A stretch of 63,922 nucleotides of DNA, filler included, from Octopus bimaculoides (lineage: Eukaryota), in the NCBI RefSeq assembly GCF_001194135.2. It is 4 parts of 4 records of this genome, joined end to end, with 100 filler letters (N's around TTAATTAATTAA, not from the genome) between each part and the next. Parts side by side here need not be neighbours in the genome. Positions count along the whole stretch, not along the records: positions 1 to 25,704 come from NC_068990.1; positions 25,805 to 49,886 come from NC_068986.1; 2 more parts are not named here. One strand, 5' to 3'. The notes under the pieces are model-generated. The model was not told where the DNA came from and ran no database searches. It was given only the letters and a program-made list of their open reading frames with translations. The position numbers and the translations under genes were made by a program. Below, one piece after another: positions 24,345 to 36,330 of the stretch. Position 1 is the first letter of the stretch; every line of letters starts with the position of its first letter.

Positions 24345-24745
24345 CTTTACTCTTTAACTTGTTTCAGTCATTTGACTGTGGCCATGCTGGAGCACCACCT
24401 TTAGTTGAGCAAATCGACCCCAGGACTTATTCTTTGTAAGCCTAGTACTTATTTTATCAGTTCTCTTTTGCCGAACCGCTAACTTACAGGGACGTAAACA
24501 CACCAGCATCAGTTGTCAAGTGATGTTGTGGGGACAAACACAGACACAAAAAAATATACACATATATACATACATATACATATACATATATACGACAGGC
24601 TTTTTTCAGTTTCCATCTACCAAATCCACTTACAAGGCTTTGGTTGGCCGGAGGCTATAGTGGAAGACACTTGCCCAAGGTGCCACGCAGTGGGACTGAA
24701 CCCGGAACCATGTGGTTGGGAAGCAAGCTACTTACCACACATGCA
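24345..24745 (-). mobile_element. Full-length SINE family B with internal microsatellite
   Basis: tRNA-like head (gtggtaagtagcttgc..ccgggttcagtcccact), accttgggcaagtgtctt domain, central (TA/CA)n and conserved 3' part. Confidence 0.88.
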
Positions 24746-25171
24746 CAAAAAAAGAAAAATTAGGTTTTGAACCAGTATTTCCTTGGATGACACCATCACT
24801 TCATGAGCCTAACATAAACTCTAATCCAATTTTATACATATATATATATATCATGGAGGTAGTGACAGGTGACTGAGACCTTTGATGATATACTGTGCTT
24901 GTGTAGACTGCTCAACCCAAGTGCGACTGTAGTCAAGGCCGATGGCAGTGTCACATCAATGGCACCTATGCTGGTGGCACATAAAATGCATCCACTACAC
25001 TCTTGGAATGGTTGGTGCTAGGAAGGGCATCCAGCTGTAGAAACCATGTCAAATCAGATTGGAACTTGGTGCAGCTCGGCTTACCAGTATTTAGTCAAAC
25101 CATCCAACCCAGGCCAGTATGGAAAGCAGACGGAAAATGATGATGATCATGATGAATACGTATACATACGT

Positions 25172-25249
<78 letters not shown>

Positions 25250-25704
25250 GTATTCCTCATGATCATCATCATGTGCTTCTTAAATGGCTTATAAACACCT
25301 TTCACACTGCAACTGTTTTCGTTCCAGCACACGATCTCAGATCAGGTCACTTGCTATGCAAGTACATCTCCATAATATATATATAGTATATATACATACA
25401 TATATATGCACATATATATATATATGTATATGAACATATACATATATACCTATACATATATCATCATCATCATCATCATTATCGTTTAACGTCCGCTTTC
25501 CATGCTAGCATGGGTTGGACGATTTGACTGAGGACTGGTGCAACCGGATGGCTACACCAGGCTCCAATCTAATTTGGCAGAGTTTCTACAGCTGGATGCC
25601 CTTCCTAACGCCAACCACTCAGAGAGTGTAGTGGGTGCTTTTACGTGTCACCCGCACGAAAACGGCCACGCTCGAAATGGTGTCTTTTATGTGCCACCTG
25701 CACA

Positions 25705-25804
25705 NNNNNNNNNNNNNNNNNNNNNNNNNNNNNNNNNNNNNNNNNNNNTTAATTAATTAANNNNNNNNNNNNNNNNNNNNNNNNNNNNNNNNNNNNNNNN
25801 NNNN
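25705..25804. other. Artificial scaffold join: N44-TTAATTAATTAA-N44 (also 49887-49986 and 62382-62481)
   Basis: Three identical 100-nt spacers containing a six-frame stop linker; an assembly convention, not biology. Confidence 0.95.
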
Positions 25805-25835
<31 letters not shown>

Positions 25836-25900
25836 TTACACACACACGCACACACACACACGCGCACACACACACACATACACACATACATATTCATGTA

Positions 25901-27167
25901 CAAGGGTTGGCTGAGAAGTTCATAGGCTGACTATAGAGTGATACTTTGATACCTGAGCTGTGAAATTTCGCATGCTTTAATTTCAGCCCTTCCTTTTTTT
26001 TTATATTAAAAACTGCATTGTTTTCTTCCAGTTAAGCTGACATATGACTGTTCAAAGACGACTTCTAAAGTCAGCATTAGCAACTTCTCTGGAAAATGGT
26101 CAAATTTTAGCATCGTGGTGTTATCAAGTACCTGCAGAAAAAGGGTTTAGCCCCCAAAGACATTCATGCCGAAATGTTTGTTATATTAGGGGATGATACT
26201 CCAGTTTTATCAACAGTGTATAAATGGACAGCTGATTTTTGGAGGAGAATGGGGAGTCTTGAAGATGCCCCATAGTCTGGACGTCCTGCAGCTGCCACCA
26301 CCGAGGAAAACACTCATCGTGTTTAACATATGGTGATGGATGACAGGCGATTAACTATAAATCAAATAGCCAATGCTGTTAGCATATCCCAGAACTTGGC
26401 ATGACGAAAGTGTTTGTTCGGTGGGTTCATCTGACACCTGATCAAAAGCGCACCTGGCTGATCACATCACGGGAAAATCTGACATTATTTGAGACAGACT
26501 CAGCTGATTTCTTTGAACGTTTCCTAACCATGGATGATCGTTGTCTTCATCACTTTGAGCGAGAGACAAAGAGACAATCAATGCAATGGAAACACTCCTA
26601 CTTACCTGCTCCAAAGAAAGTCAAGACCGTTTTATCTGCAAGAAAGGTGGTGGCCTCAATTTTGTGATGCAAAAGGCATTGTGCTCATTAAATGTTTTCA
26701 AAAGGTCCACGCCATCAATGGAGAATATTAGGCCAACTTGTTAAGATAGTTATGAAAGGCAGGCAAGGCCAAACGCCTAGGAAATCTGACGAAAGGAGTT
26801 TTGTTTCGTCAGGACAATGCTCCAGCACACAAGTCCTTAGTTTCAGTGGCTGCTGTGCATGACTGCAGTTTTCAACTGGTTCATCACCCTCCTATTCTCC
26901 TGATTTGGTTCCATCTGACTATCATCTCTTCCCCAACATTAAAAAGCACTTGACTGGGATCCAGTGTCGCAGTGACGATGACATCAAATTTGCTGTTGAC
27001 GTTTTTTGACCAACAGGATGGAGGCTTCTTCACCAATGAAATACAAGTACAGCAATACCGATGGGAGAAGTGTGTGGGACACAAAGGAGAGTATGTAAAA
27101 TAAACCTCATTTGGTCACATTCCATGAGAGTATCTTGGTTAGCTATGAACTTTTCACCCGATCATCG
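25901..27167 (+). mobile_element. Full-length degenerate mariner (1267 bp)
   Basis: ~30 bp TIRs; transposase remnants HRGVIKYLQKKG, WVHLTPDQK (WVPxxLT), FLTMDD.., RQDNAPAH, YSPDLVPSDYHLFP, with stops and frameshifts. Confidence 0.92.
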
Positions 27168-27364
27168 CATATACATACATACATATATAAATATATATAT
27201 ATATTTATATATTTATGTATGTACGCACACACATAGTTATGACTTTATATACGTATACACATATTTGTGCATATGTATATTCAATGTATATTCAAGCGTA
27301 TATACATATACACAAAAGCACACAAACACACACATGTATGTATGTATTTATGTATGTATATAGT

Positions 27365-27660
27365 AAGGGCACATGGCCCAGTGGTTAAGGTATTGCCCTC
27401 ACGGTAGCGAGATCGTGATTTCGTTTCCCAGACCTAGTGTTGCGTTGTGTTCTTGAGCAAAACTTCATTTCATGTTATTCTGCGATCATTTCAACATCTG
27501 ACGTGTAGCACAGTTGTGCACCTGCACAAACAATGTAGACAATGATAGATGGAGTGAGCCTATGTCAACGCAAACATTTGATCACTATAAGCAAATCATT
27601 TGTGTGGTTGTTGGGCAAAAGATTGCCGAACCCACATCTGTCGTCTAGAATCGGGAGAAT
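27365..27660 (+). mobile_element. SINE family D
   Basis: ggcccagtggttaagg head; body shared with 35995 and 55100. Confidence 0.75.
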
Positions 27661-28274
27661 CCCTTACAAATACGAGTGTGTGTGTGTGTGTGTGTATGTG
27701 TGTGTGCGTGTGTGTGTGTGCATACGTGTGTGCGCGTGTGTGTGTGTGCGTAGTGTGTGTGTGGGTGGGTGGGTGTACTCTAGTACACAAATTACCAGTT
27801 TATCTGATGAATTTATGCCTGAATATTTGTGCTATATCTTGCACCTAACTTTAAGGAGACAGGCAATGAATTTTGATGTATTTCACTAACAGTAATTTTT
27901 TTTTTTACCAACATGACATAAAGACTCTAGTTTTGAGAGGATTGAGTAGCCGATAGAAATAGATAGCAATAAACGACCGAGCTATGTTGAATGAAAGNNN
28001 NNNNNNNNNNNNNNNNNNNNNNNNNNNNNNNNNNNNNNNNNNNNNNNNNNNNNNNNNNNNNNNNNNNNNNNNNNNNNNNNNNNNNNNNNNNNNNNNNNNN
28101 NNNNNNNNNNNNNNNNNNNNNNNNNNNNNNNNNNNNNNNNNNNNNNNNNNNNNNNNNNNNNNNNNNNNNNNNNNNNNNNNNNNNNNNNNNNNNNNNNNNN
28201 NNNNNNNNNNNNNNNNNNNNNNNNNNNNNNNNNNNNNNNNNNNNNNNNNNNNNNNNNNNNNNNNNNNNNNNNNG

Positions 28275-29230
28275 AAAAGTAAAGTTGACCTCGGCGGGAC
28301 TTCAACCCAGAAGGGAAAGAGCCGGAAGAATTGCTCTGCCCCAGCATGGCTGCAGCCTCAAGGCTGAAGCGTATAAAAGAATGAAGTATTTTGTCCGATG
28401 TGCTCGTTGTCTTAAATGATAATAATAATACTTTCTACTATAAGCACACGACTCCGAATGTAAGGACAGACGAAATACTGCTAAGCATATTCTTTTCTAC
28501 TCTAAGCACAAGGCCTGAAATTTTTTGGGGAGGGGGCCAGTCGATTAGATCGACCCCAGTACCCAACTGGTACTTAATTTATCGGTCCCGAAAGGATGAA
28601 AAGCAAAGTGGACCTCGGCGGAATTTGAACTCAGAACGTAAAACTGCCAAGCATTTCGCCTGGCGTGTTAACGATTCTGCCAGCTTGCTGCTTTAATACT
28701 AATGGCTTTTGATTGAGGCAAAGGGCTCAACATTTTGAGGGTAAGGCATTAGTCAATGCCATCGACCACAGTACTTGAGTGGTACTTTATTTTATCGCTC
28801 CCGAAAGCATGAAATCGGCAAAAATCGAATATAAAGGTAAAGGGCCGAAACAAGTAGCGACTCTCTTTTTCCGGCTCTGGGACGACTCTGTTAGTTCACC
28901 GTCCTTTATATATATTTTTTATATTAATACAAAAGACAAACAATTACGAAAAACGGCGGAAAGTTGAGAAAACTAATTACAGTAGGTGGCTGGTAATTTA
29001 TTTCGTCGACACCCAAAGAATGAAAGTAAAGTTGAACTCAGCTGGATTTGAAACCAGAGCTTTGAAAGTTTAAAGAAATAACCTAATGCCTTTTGACTGA
29101 AGCTCTAACGATTCTACCAGCCAACCGTCCATTAATTAAAGGTTTCTAAATTAGGCACAAAATCAACAGTTTTGATCGTAAGGGGTAACGTAAGTTGTAA
29201 CTTTGTTTTATCGACCTCGGTGGGATGAAA
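28275..29230 (-). mobile_element. Cluster of decayed family A SINEs
   Basis: Repeated atcgacccc..ggtactt..tcccgaaaggatgaaa..gacctcggcggaatttgaactcag segments. Confidence 0.75.
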
Positions 29231-30181
29231 AACAAAGCTCACCCCAGAGGTGTGGAGCAAAATGTGTGGTCAGAGCATTCCCCAATACCAAATACCTTTT
29301 CCTCTTGGTATCAGTGCCGAGACTGCCGAAAGTAAGTGAGAACATTGGACTTTGTTCCAATCTCTCTATGTCCTCTGGGTAGCTGCTTTCTAGTGAAGTG
29401 TTTTACAAATAGTTTATCATCTAATTGGCTCACAAATTTGGAGCAGATTTACTCTTTAATGATCACCTCATTTTCTTTTTTCAAGCTCGTTGTAGTCAGA
29501 TACTGTATTCCACAGTCAAGGAAACACCATCTTTCGCAATATAACCTTTGCCGTGTTGTTTTATTTATTATTATTTCATTTTTTCGGGAGCTGATTTATA
29601 TCGAATGACTCCCTTGGATTAGAAGCGCCAGCAAATTTCTTCTCTTACAATATTACCAAAAATGTGTTTATGTTGCTTGAAGTGTCTTAGTGTCTGTTTA
29701 AATGTAATCATTTTCTCTCTTTTTGTTCAACGTTTCTTTTTTTCAAACACTTATTATTTTCAACATTTATATCAGTTGACTAGAACTTCCCGACCAGTGA
29801 AGAAATAGTTCCCTCCTTGTGTTTTTTAAATAAATAAGTTCTGTCAAAAGAATGAGGTGTACATATTGTGTTTTTCAATTTGTTAAGAATTTCAACGAAA
29901 GGAATTTTTATTTTATTCAAGTTAGTAAACTATGTTAATAGTTAAAGCCAAGAAACTGTGTAAGCATAAAGGTCAGTAAAAGGAAATGAAGAAAGAAAGG
30001 TTATGAAGTGGGGAAAGAAACGATGAGAAAGTTTACTGGATATAGGTTATTACAAGATCAAAGTGAAAACAATAGCTAAGCATTGTTCTTGGAAATGGAC
30101 TGACTGCTGCAATGTTTCATGTTAAAAAATGTCATTTGGCATTTATTTTACATTTTAAAGAAATGTGAGACTGGCATGTAT

Positions 30182-30217
<36 letters not shown>

Positions 30218-30882
30218 GCCAGTTTCGAAAATTAATTGTGCATATGTATGCCTGTAAAAGAAAGGAATTATCATAAGCTTATACTTTTAGATTCTCCACG
30301 AGTCTCCTTTACGGTTATTACATATTACAATCCCAAGTCAATCTATGATACTTAAATGAAAACAATAGGTGATTTATAAATCTGTTTACTAAGAACTACT
30401 GAGTTATTCAGTAGCATTACAAATCGCTTGAATCGGTGCTCCAGTGTGGCTGCAGTCAGATAACTGAAACAAAAAAGAAAAAAGGTAAAAGATAAAACAT
30501 ATAATGCAAATTTTAATGAAGAAATAAATAAACTTACTTTAGTTAGTTTAAATGAACAAAGTTATCATCTATAATAAATTTCATTCTTGCTGATACTAAA
30601 AAGGTAACTTAACTGCTAAAACACATACGAGAAGTAGAAAGTGTGTAGGAAGTGTACAATAACGCTTTTATGGAAACCTTACAACTTAAAAATAACCCAG
30701 TAAACACTACTTGTCAAAATCTTGTTGTGTTCGGGGAGGGTCATGCTGCCTTCATGTGCAAACAACATGAAATAAGTAAACACAAAGAAAGGACCCTAAA
30801 TCAGTTGTCGGCTGTCTATCTACTCCTCATTTCGAACATTCAACGACGACTCTTTTATGAGTCTTCAAAGACAGTTGCTCCC

Positions 30883-30936
<54 letters not shown>

Positions 30937-31346
30937 CAGAAAATTGAGTTAGAGTGCATGAGTATGTACGATGTGGCGAAAGTTGATCAATTGAGTACAA
31001 GTTAAGGTAAGTTAAAAAAGAAACCAAAAGAATAAAAGAAAAAAAACATCAGATAAAAAATTAAGAAACAAAAACAAAATCCAATCTGTTGCGTCAACAG
31101 CAACTTAGAGCAAAGTACGTATTTGTGGTGATGTAGGAGTGTAATATAACCACACAGCATCCATCTGAGATATTAACAGTGAATCAATAATGAAGTGATT
31201 TATCAGTAGCATGTGGTCAGTGTTCCATAAAAACCAACCGGTTACTTGACGCCGTAGTTCTTGTAGAGACTTGCTACCGAATAAAACTGGATTCTGTAGC
31301 TGTTTCTCTTAGCATTTGTGACTTCTTGTTCTAAGGATTTAATACC

Positions 31347-31410
31347 ATGTTCGTTAGTAATTCCTGCTCAGTGCCGATACAGTTAATCATCTTAGTGGCC
31401 ATTTCCGCAG
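31347..31410 (+). CDS. Ly6/uPAR (three-finger) gene coding exon 1: signal peptide MFVSNSCSVPIQLIILVAISA
   Basis: aataccATG context, 21 codons + 1 nt, phase-1 donor GCAG|gtaaac. Hydrophobic core QLIILVAISA; phase matches the acceptor at 38641. A phase-1 intron after the signal peptide is typical of Ly6 genes. Confidence 0.78.
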
Positions 31411-31614
31411 GTAAACAATATTTAAATATTCTTATTGACACAAGTTCTGTGTAAATGCACGCGTACCTTCCAAATATACGAACCTACATATATGTGCGCA
31501 CGCACACACACACGCACACTCACACACACGCATACACCACACATATATACATGTATGCATGTGTGTGTGTGCGTATGTATATAATACATATACTATAAAC
31601 TATACGTATATCTA

Positions 31615-31617
31615 TAG

Positions 31618-31708
<91 letters not shown>

Positions 31709-31740
31709 ATATATATATAATATACATATACTCTATATAT
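31615..31740. repeat. Long (TA)n microsatellite
   Basis: Directly visible. Confidence 0.95.
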
Positions 31741-31770
31741 ACTTTATGTATAAATATATCCTTACACACC

Positions 31771-32068
31771 CAGTGGTGCACTGGGTCTAAAAATATTGGT
31801 TGCCAGGGGACTAAGGTGGCCCACCCGCAACTACAAAGCTATCATCTAATCTTTTTTTGTTGTTGTTGTTAAAAATATTCTTTATAACTGTCTACAAACC
31901 CAGTCAGGCTGAAATAATTAATGCATTCTTCCAGGAGTGAATAAAAAAAAGTCTCAAACTTGAGGGGATGGGCCCCTAGATACTAACATAGACCCCTTTA
32001 TATAGATTCTAATGGCGCAGGGGCCACTTGCTATCGGGCAAGCTGGCAACCTGGCCAGTCCGCCATTG
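31771..32068. mobile_element. hAT-like MITE inserted in a CA microsatellite
   Basis: Termini cagtggtgcactgg / ccagtccgccattg are imperfect inverted repeats with CAGT(G)-type ends; TSD ambiguous. Confidence 0.5.
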
Positions 32069-33775
32069 CACACACACACACACGTATATGTATGCATCAT
32101 GTTTGTGTGTGTGTTTGTGTGTGTGTGTGTGCGCATGTGTGTGTGTGTGTGTGTGTGTGTATAGTCATACACAATCATGCGCATACATATAAAATACAAA
32201 CGCATACGCAGATACGCGAACGCCTATAAAGGTATGGCTAGATACGCTTTTCGTCTTTCACCTACTTTCTGTGCGTGTGTGTGTGTGTGTGTGTGTGTTT
32301 AAATATTGTTTTTATGTTGTTTAATATACCCGTATTCCTCTTTGTTACATACCACTGATCACGATCATGTTACATACCACTACCCTATTTTCATTCCACC
32401 TATGCAAATTACACTGTAAATGTGTTCTTCTCCCCCTTTTTTTGTATATATCTAAGTGTCTAGTTTGCCGAAAAGAAGTATGATGATTACTGATGATGCT
32501 TGTTGATATAGTGATACGTGTTCATAGTTCTCTTCTTTCCTTCAGGAAATCAGCCTTTTCTCTAAGGGCATGTCAGTTTTAGAGAAATAATTCTTGAGAT
32601 GGGTTCCCCTCCTTGTTTGAAATTAATCCTAATCGCTTCCAATTGATTGGTCTGCACTGCACCTTAATTTCAATAAAATTTACCTGGAATGTTATGTAAT
32701 GTAGCCATATTCGAAATCTGTTAGTTAAATACATGCCAGAAGAAAATCTTTCTTATTCCTCCTATCGCATTTCCATTTTGCGCGCAGGCACATAAGCACG
32801 TACGCAAATACACACACACGCACGCACGCACTGTTTTAACAAACAAAAAGTTGGTAGTTCGAAGAAGGCAACTGAATCGAATCTTTGTGCCATATTACAA
32901 CAAATTTCTAAATGGGCTTTCAATTTATGCTTGACACATACTTACACACACACACACACATATATATATACATACATACATACATACATAAGTTTGGCGT
33001 GATTAGAACTCTGAATATAAACTCTCATATCTTAAAGCACAAAATATATTTCTGTCGTTGTTCTACTGATTCTGGTCTAGATTGAGCATGATAATAAGCA
33101 TGAGCAGAACTAAATGAACTTACTATGGTGCATTTGAATGAAAATATTTTTACATTGTTACGGAAGCAAACGTTAGAACTTATTATATATATATATATAT
33201 ATAGAATCGAAAGACATCTATGGTTTTGTCCTATTATTATTCTTACTGTATTTGTACTACTGTATTTGTGTAACATTGTTCGTTTGTTTTTTCTTCCGTC
33301 CTTGTTTTTGTATACATTCGCTGATTTCTTCTAAGGAATCTAATGCTCTTAGCTTTGTTTTTCCTTGGGGCTGGACAGATTGGAGCAATATCGAAAATAA
33401 CCAGCTTAATGACTGACAAGCTCTTTGTCAGTCATTAAGAAAGTGCTTTGTGGGTTTTGAGTTGTATTGACTTTTATTTCTAGCAATACTGGTACTAATT
33501 CGCACCCTCTGACACTTTTGTGAACTCAATATATATATATATATANNNNNNNNNNNNNNNNNNNNNNNNNNNNNNNNNNNNNNNNNNNNNNNNNNNNNNN
33601 NNNNNNNNNNNNNNNNNNNNNNNNNNNNNNNNNNNNNNNNNNNNNNNNNNNNNNNNNNNNNNNNNNNNNNNNNNNNNNNNNNNNNNNNNNNNNNNNNNNN
33701 NNNNCTGTCCTTATTTGTTCCCTCTGTGTGTAGTCCCTTGTGGGCTGTAAAGAAATAAGAAATTGGAAGAAATGA

Positions 33776-34012
33776 AGGCGGCGAGCTGGCAGAAACGTTA
33801 GCAACGCCGGGCGAAATGCTTAACGGTATTTCGTCTGCCGCTACGTTCTGAGTTCAAATTCCGCCGAGGTCGAATTTGCCTTTCATCCTTTCGGGGTCGA
33901 TTAAATAAGTACCAGTTACGCACTGGGGTCGATATAATCGACTTAATCCGTTTGTCTGTCCTTATTTGTTCCCTCTGTGTGTAGTCCCTTGTGGGCTGTA
34001 AAGAAATAAGAA
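33776..34012 (+). mobile_element. Young full-length SINE family A
   Basis: aaggcggcgagctggcagaaacg A-box head, gttcaaattc B-box, 3' tail ..aaagaaataagaa; flanked by an attggaagaaatg direct repeat. Confidence 0.9.
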
Positions 34013-34508
34013 ATTGGAAGAAATGAAGGCTGGTTCTGCAAAATAGTTATTGTTATTGTATTAAGTCGTGGATGATTGTCGGGTGGTGCTGGACTATGAC
34101 AGCACCCCAGCCTCACTATCATGCTGATAATATTGTGAATGATTTAGGTTATCTCAAAACTGCAGAGGGAAAACACCAGTACAATTGGAACAATGTGCAT
34201 GCTTCTGCTTTGTTTATTTATTGATTTCTATTAATAATTTACTCCTTTTCCATCCATTTTCTTTTTACTGTTTGCTTACATAAATTTTCTATATGTGCTT
34301 TTTTTATTGAGTTATTATTATCCGCTATTTTTATTGTATTATTCTCAAATTTATACTTGATATACCTTGAAATATAGAAATATTACTTCGTACTATTCAG
34401 AGTATAATTTAAATATACAGGACACACCTTTGGCGTATTTCACGTCAAGCTTTATGGTTAAAAGGCGTGGATGTCAGGGACGTTAGTGAGGATTTGCGCA
34501 AATAAATA

Positions 34509-35780
34509 TTGGGTTGGCAACTAAGTTCCCGCCGCTTTTTAAAATTTTGGAATTTATTGCGTTTTAAATTTTGGATTCGAGAATTCTATTTTTGAATCAT
34601 TTTGGAATCTATTTTTTTCTCTTTAATTTTATTTAATTTTTGTTTATTTTCAGATCATTAAACCGGAATGTCAAGTTAAGAAAAACGAGCATTTTCGACA
34701 CCTCCTTCTTTTTGTTTTTAATCAAGGTTCTAAGGCTGCAAAAGCTGTTCACGACATTTGTGCTGTGTATGGAGAGGCTGCTATAGCTGAAAGAACCGCT
34801 TGTGATTGGTATGCCAAGTTCAAAAATGGAAATTTTGACCTCAAAGATGCACCTCGTTCTGGTCGTCCAGTTGAGATCGATGAAGAGAGATTAACCCAAA
34901 TTTTGCACGAAAATTCTCGTCAGACGACAAGGGAGCTGGCAGAGAAAATGGCATACTCCCACACTGCTATAGAGAAGCATCTTCACTCGATGGGAAAGGT
35001 TCAGAAGTATGGAGCTTGGGTTCCGCATGATTTAAGTGACTACAACAAAAATCAATGAGCCACAATCTCCGCTGGTTTGCTTACTCGTCACCGCTCAACT
35101 CATGGACATAAGCAACGATTTCTTTACCGATTCGTTACTGGCGACGAAAACTGGTGTCTGTACATCAATATGAAGCAGCATGTGGAATAGCTTAGCTCCG
35201 GTAAACAAGCGACACCGCGCGGGAAACAAGATCTTCATCCGCGTAAAACGATGTTGTGCGTATGGTGGGACTGGGAAGGGATTATCCATTACGAATTGCT
35301 TGAATGAAACTAAATTGTCAACGCGGAACTCTATGTTCAACAGATGGAACGACTCAACACGGCTATTCAAGAGAAAAGACCTAATCGGCAGCATGGAGTT
35401 CTGCTGCACTACAACGGCCGCTTTCCTATCGCCAATATGTCCAAGGAAGCCATTCAAACGCATGGCTGGGAAGTGTTGCCATACCCACCGTACTCTCCTG
35501 ATTTGGCACGAACGGATTTCCACCTCTTTCAATCTCTTTCAAATGCTATACGTAGAGTTTCGTTCAATACTGATGCAGAGTTGAGAGCTTGGTTGGATCA
35601 ATTTTTCCAGTCGAAACGGGTGATTTCTACCAACGAGGTATTGAAAATCTTGTTGAACGTTGGGAAGAAGTTGTAAACAAGGGTGAATACATTATTGATT
35701 AATTAGGTGTTATTTTTTATTAAACCTTTTAAAAAACTCAAATTTTAAAAAAAATGGTGGGAACTTAGTTGCCAACCCAT
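34509..35780 (+). mobile_element. Full-length mariner (1272 bp, mellifera-like TIR) with pseudogenised transposase
   Basis: TA-ttgggttggcaactaagttcc..ggaacttagttgccaaccca-TA; WVPHDL, VTGDENW, HPRKTMLCVWWD and YSPDLART motifs; start codon mutated (CCG at 34663) and several stops. Confidence 0.95.
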
Positions 35781-35994
35781 TAGTAATCTAAAAACTTCAA
35801 ACAATAGAACACTTGATACTGCGAGCTAGAAGAGAAATATAAGTAATGTAAGCTTGTGTGACTAAGTGGGAGGATCTGCAGAAGAGTGTTGTGTCATGTT
35901 TGTAACACTAGCTGATAGAAATCTGCATTAATATGACGCAATTTCAAGTTTAGAAAATGACATTTGTTGGTTTTTCTGTATACCATATGTTATT

Positions 35995-36184
35995 TGTAAA
36001 GGTGCATGGTCTCCTAATCAGGGTGTTTCACTCACGATCACGAGATCCTGGTTTCAACTCTTGGACTGGGTGGTGCTTTGTGTTCTTGAGCAAAATACCT
36101 TATCTTACGCTACTCTGAGTTCACTTCGACATCTGACACGTGGTACACTGTGCGCCTGTATAATCAATGTCGATTTGATTGATT

Positions 36185-36245
<61 letters not shown>

Positions 36246-36330
36246 AATGTACAGCATAAACATTTCATGACTATAAACAAATCCTTTATGTAGATTGTTC
36301 AGCAAAAAAATTGTAGGATCGTCTTTCACG
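35995..36330 (+). mobile_element. SINE family D with internal (GA)n
   Basis: Homologous to 27365-27660. Confidence 0.65.

Noticed and set aside
33344-33440. MLLALFFLGAGQIGAISK signal-like ORF
   Set aside because: Inside a repeat whose inverted copy is at 16090-16285; no donor.
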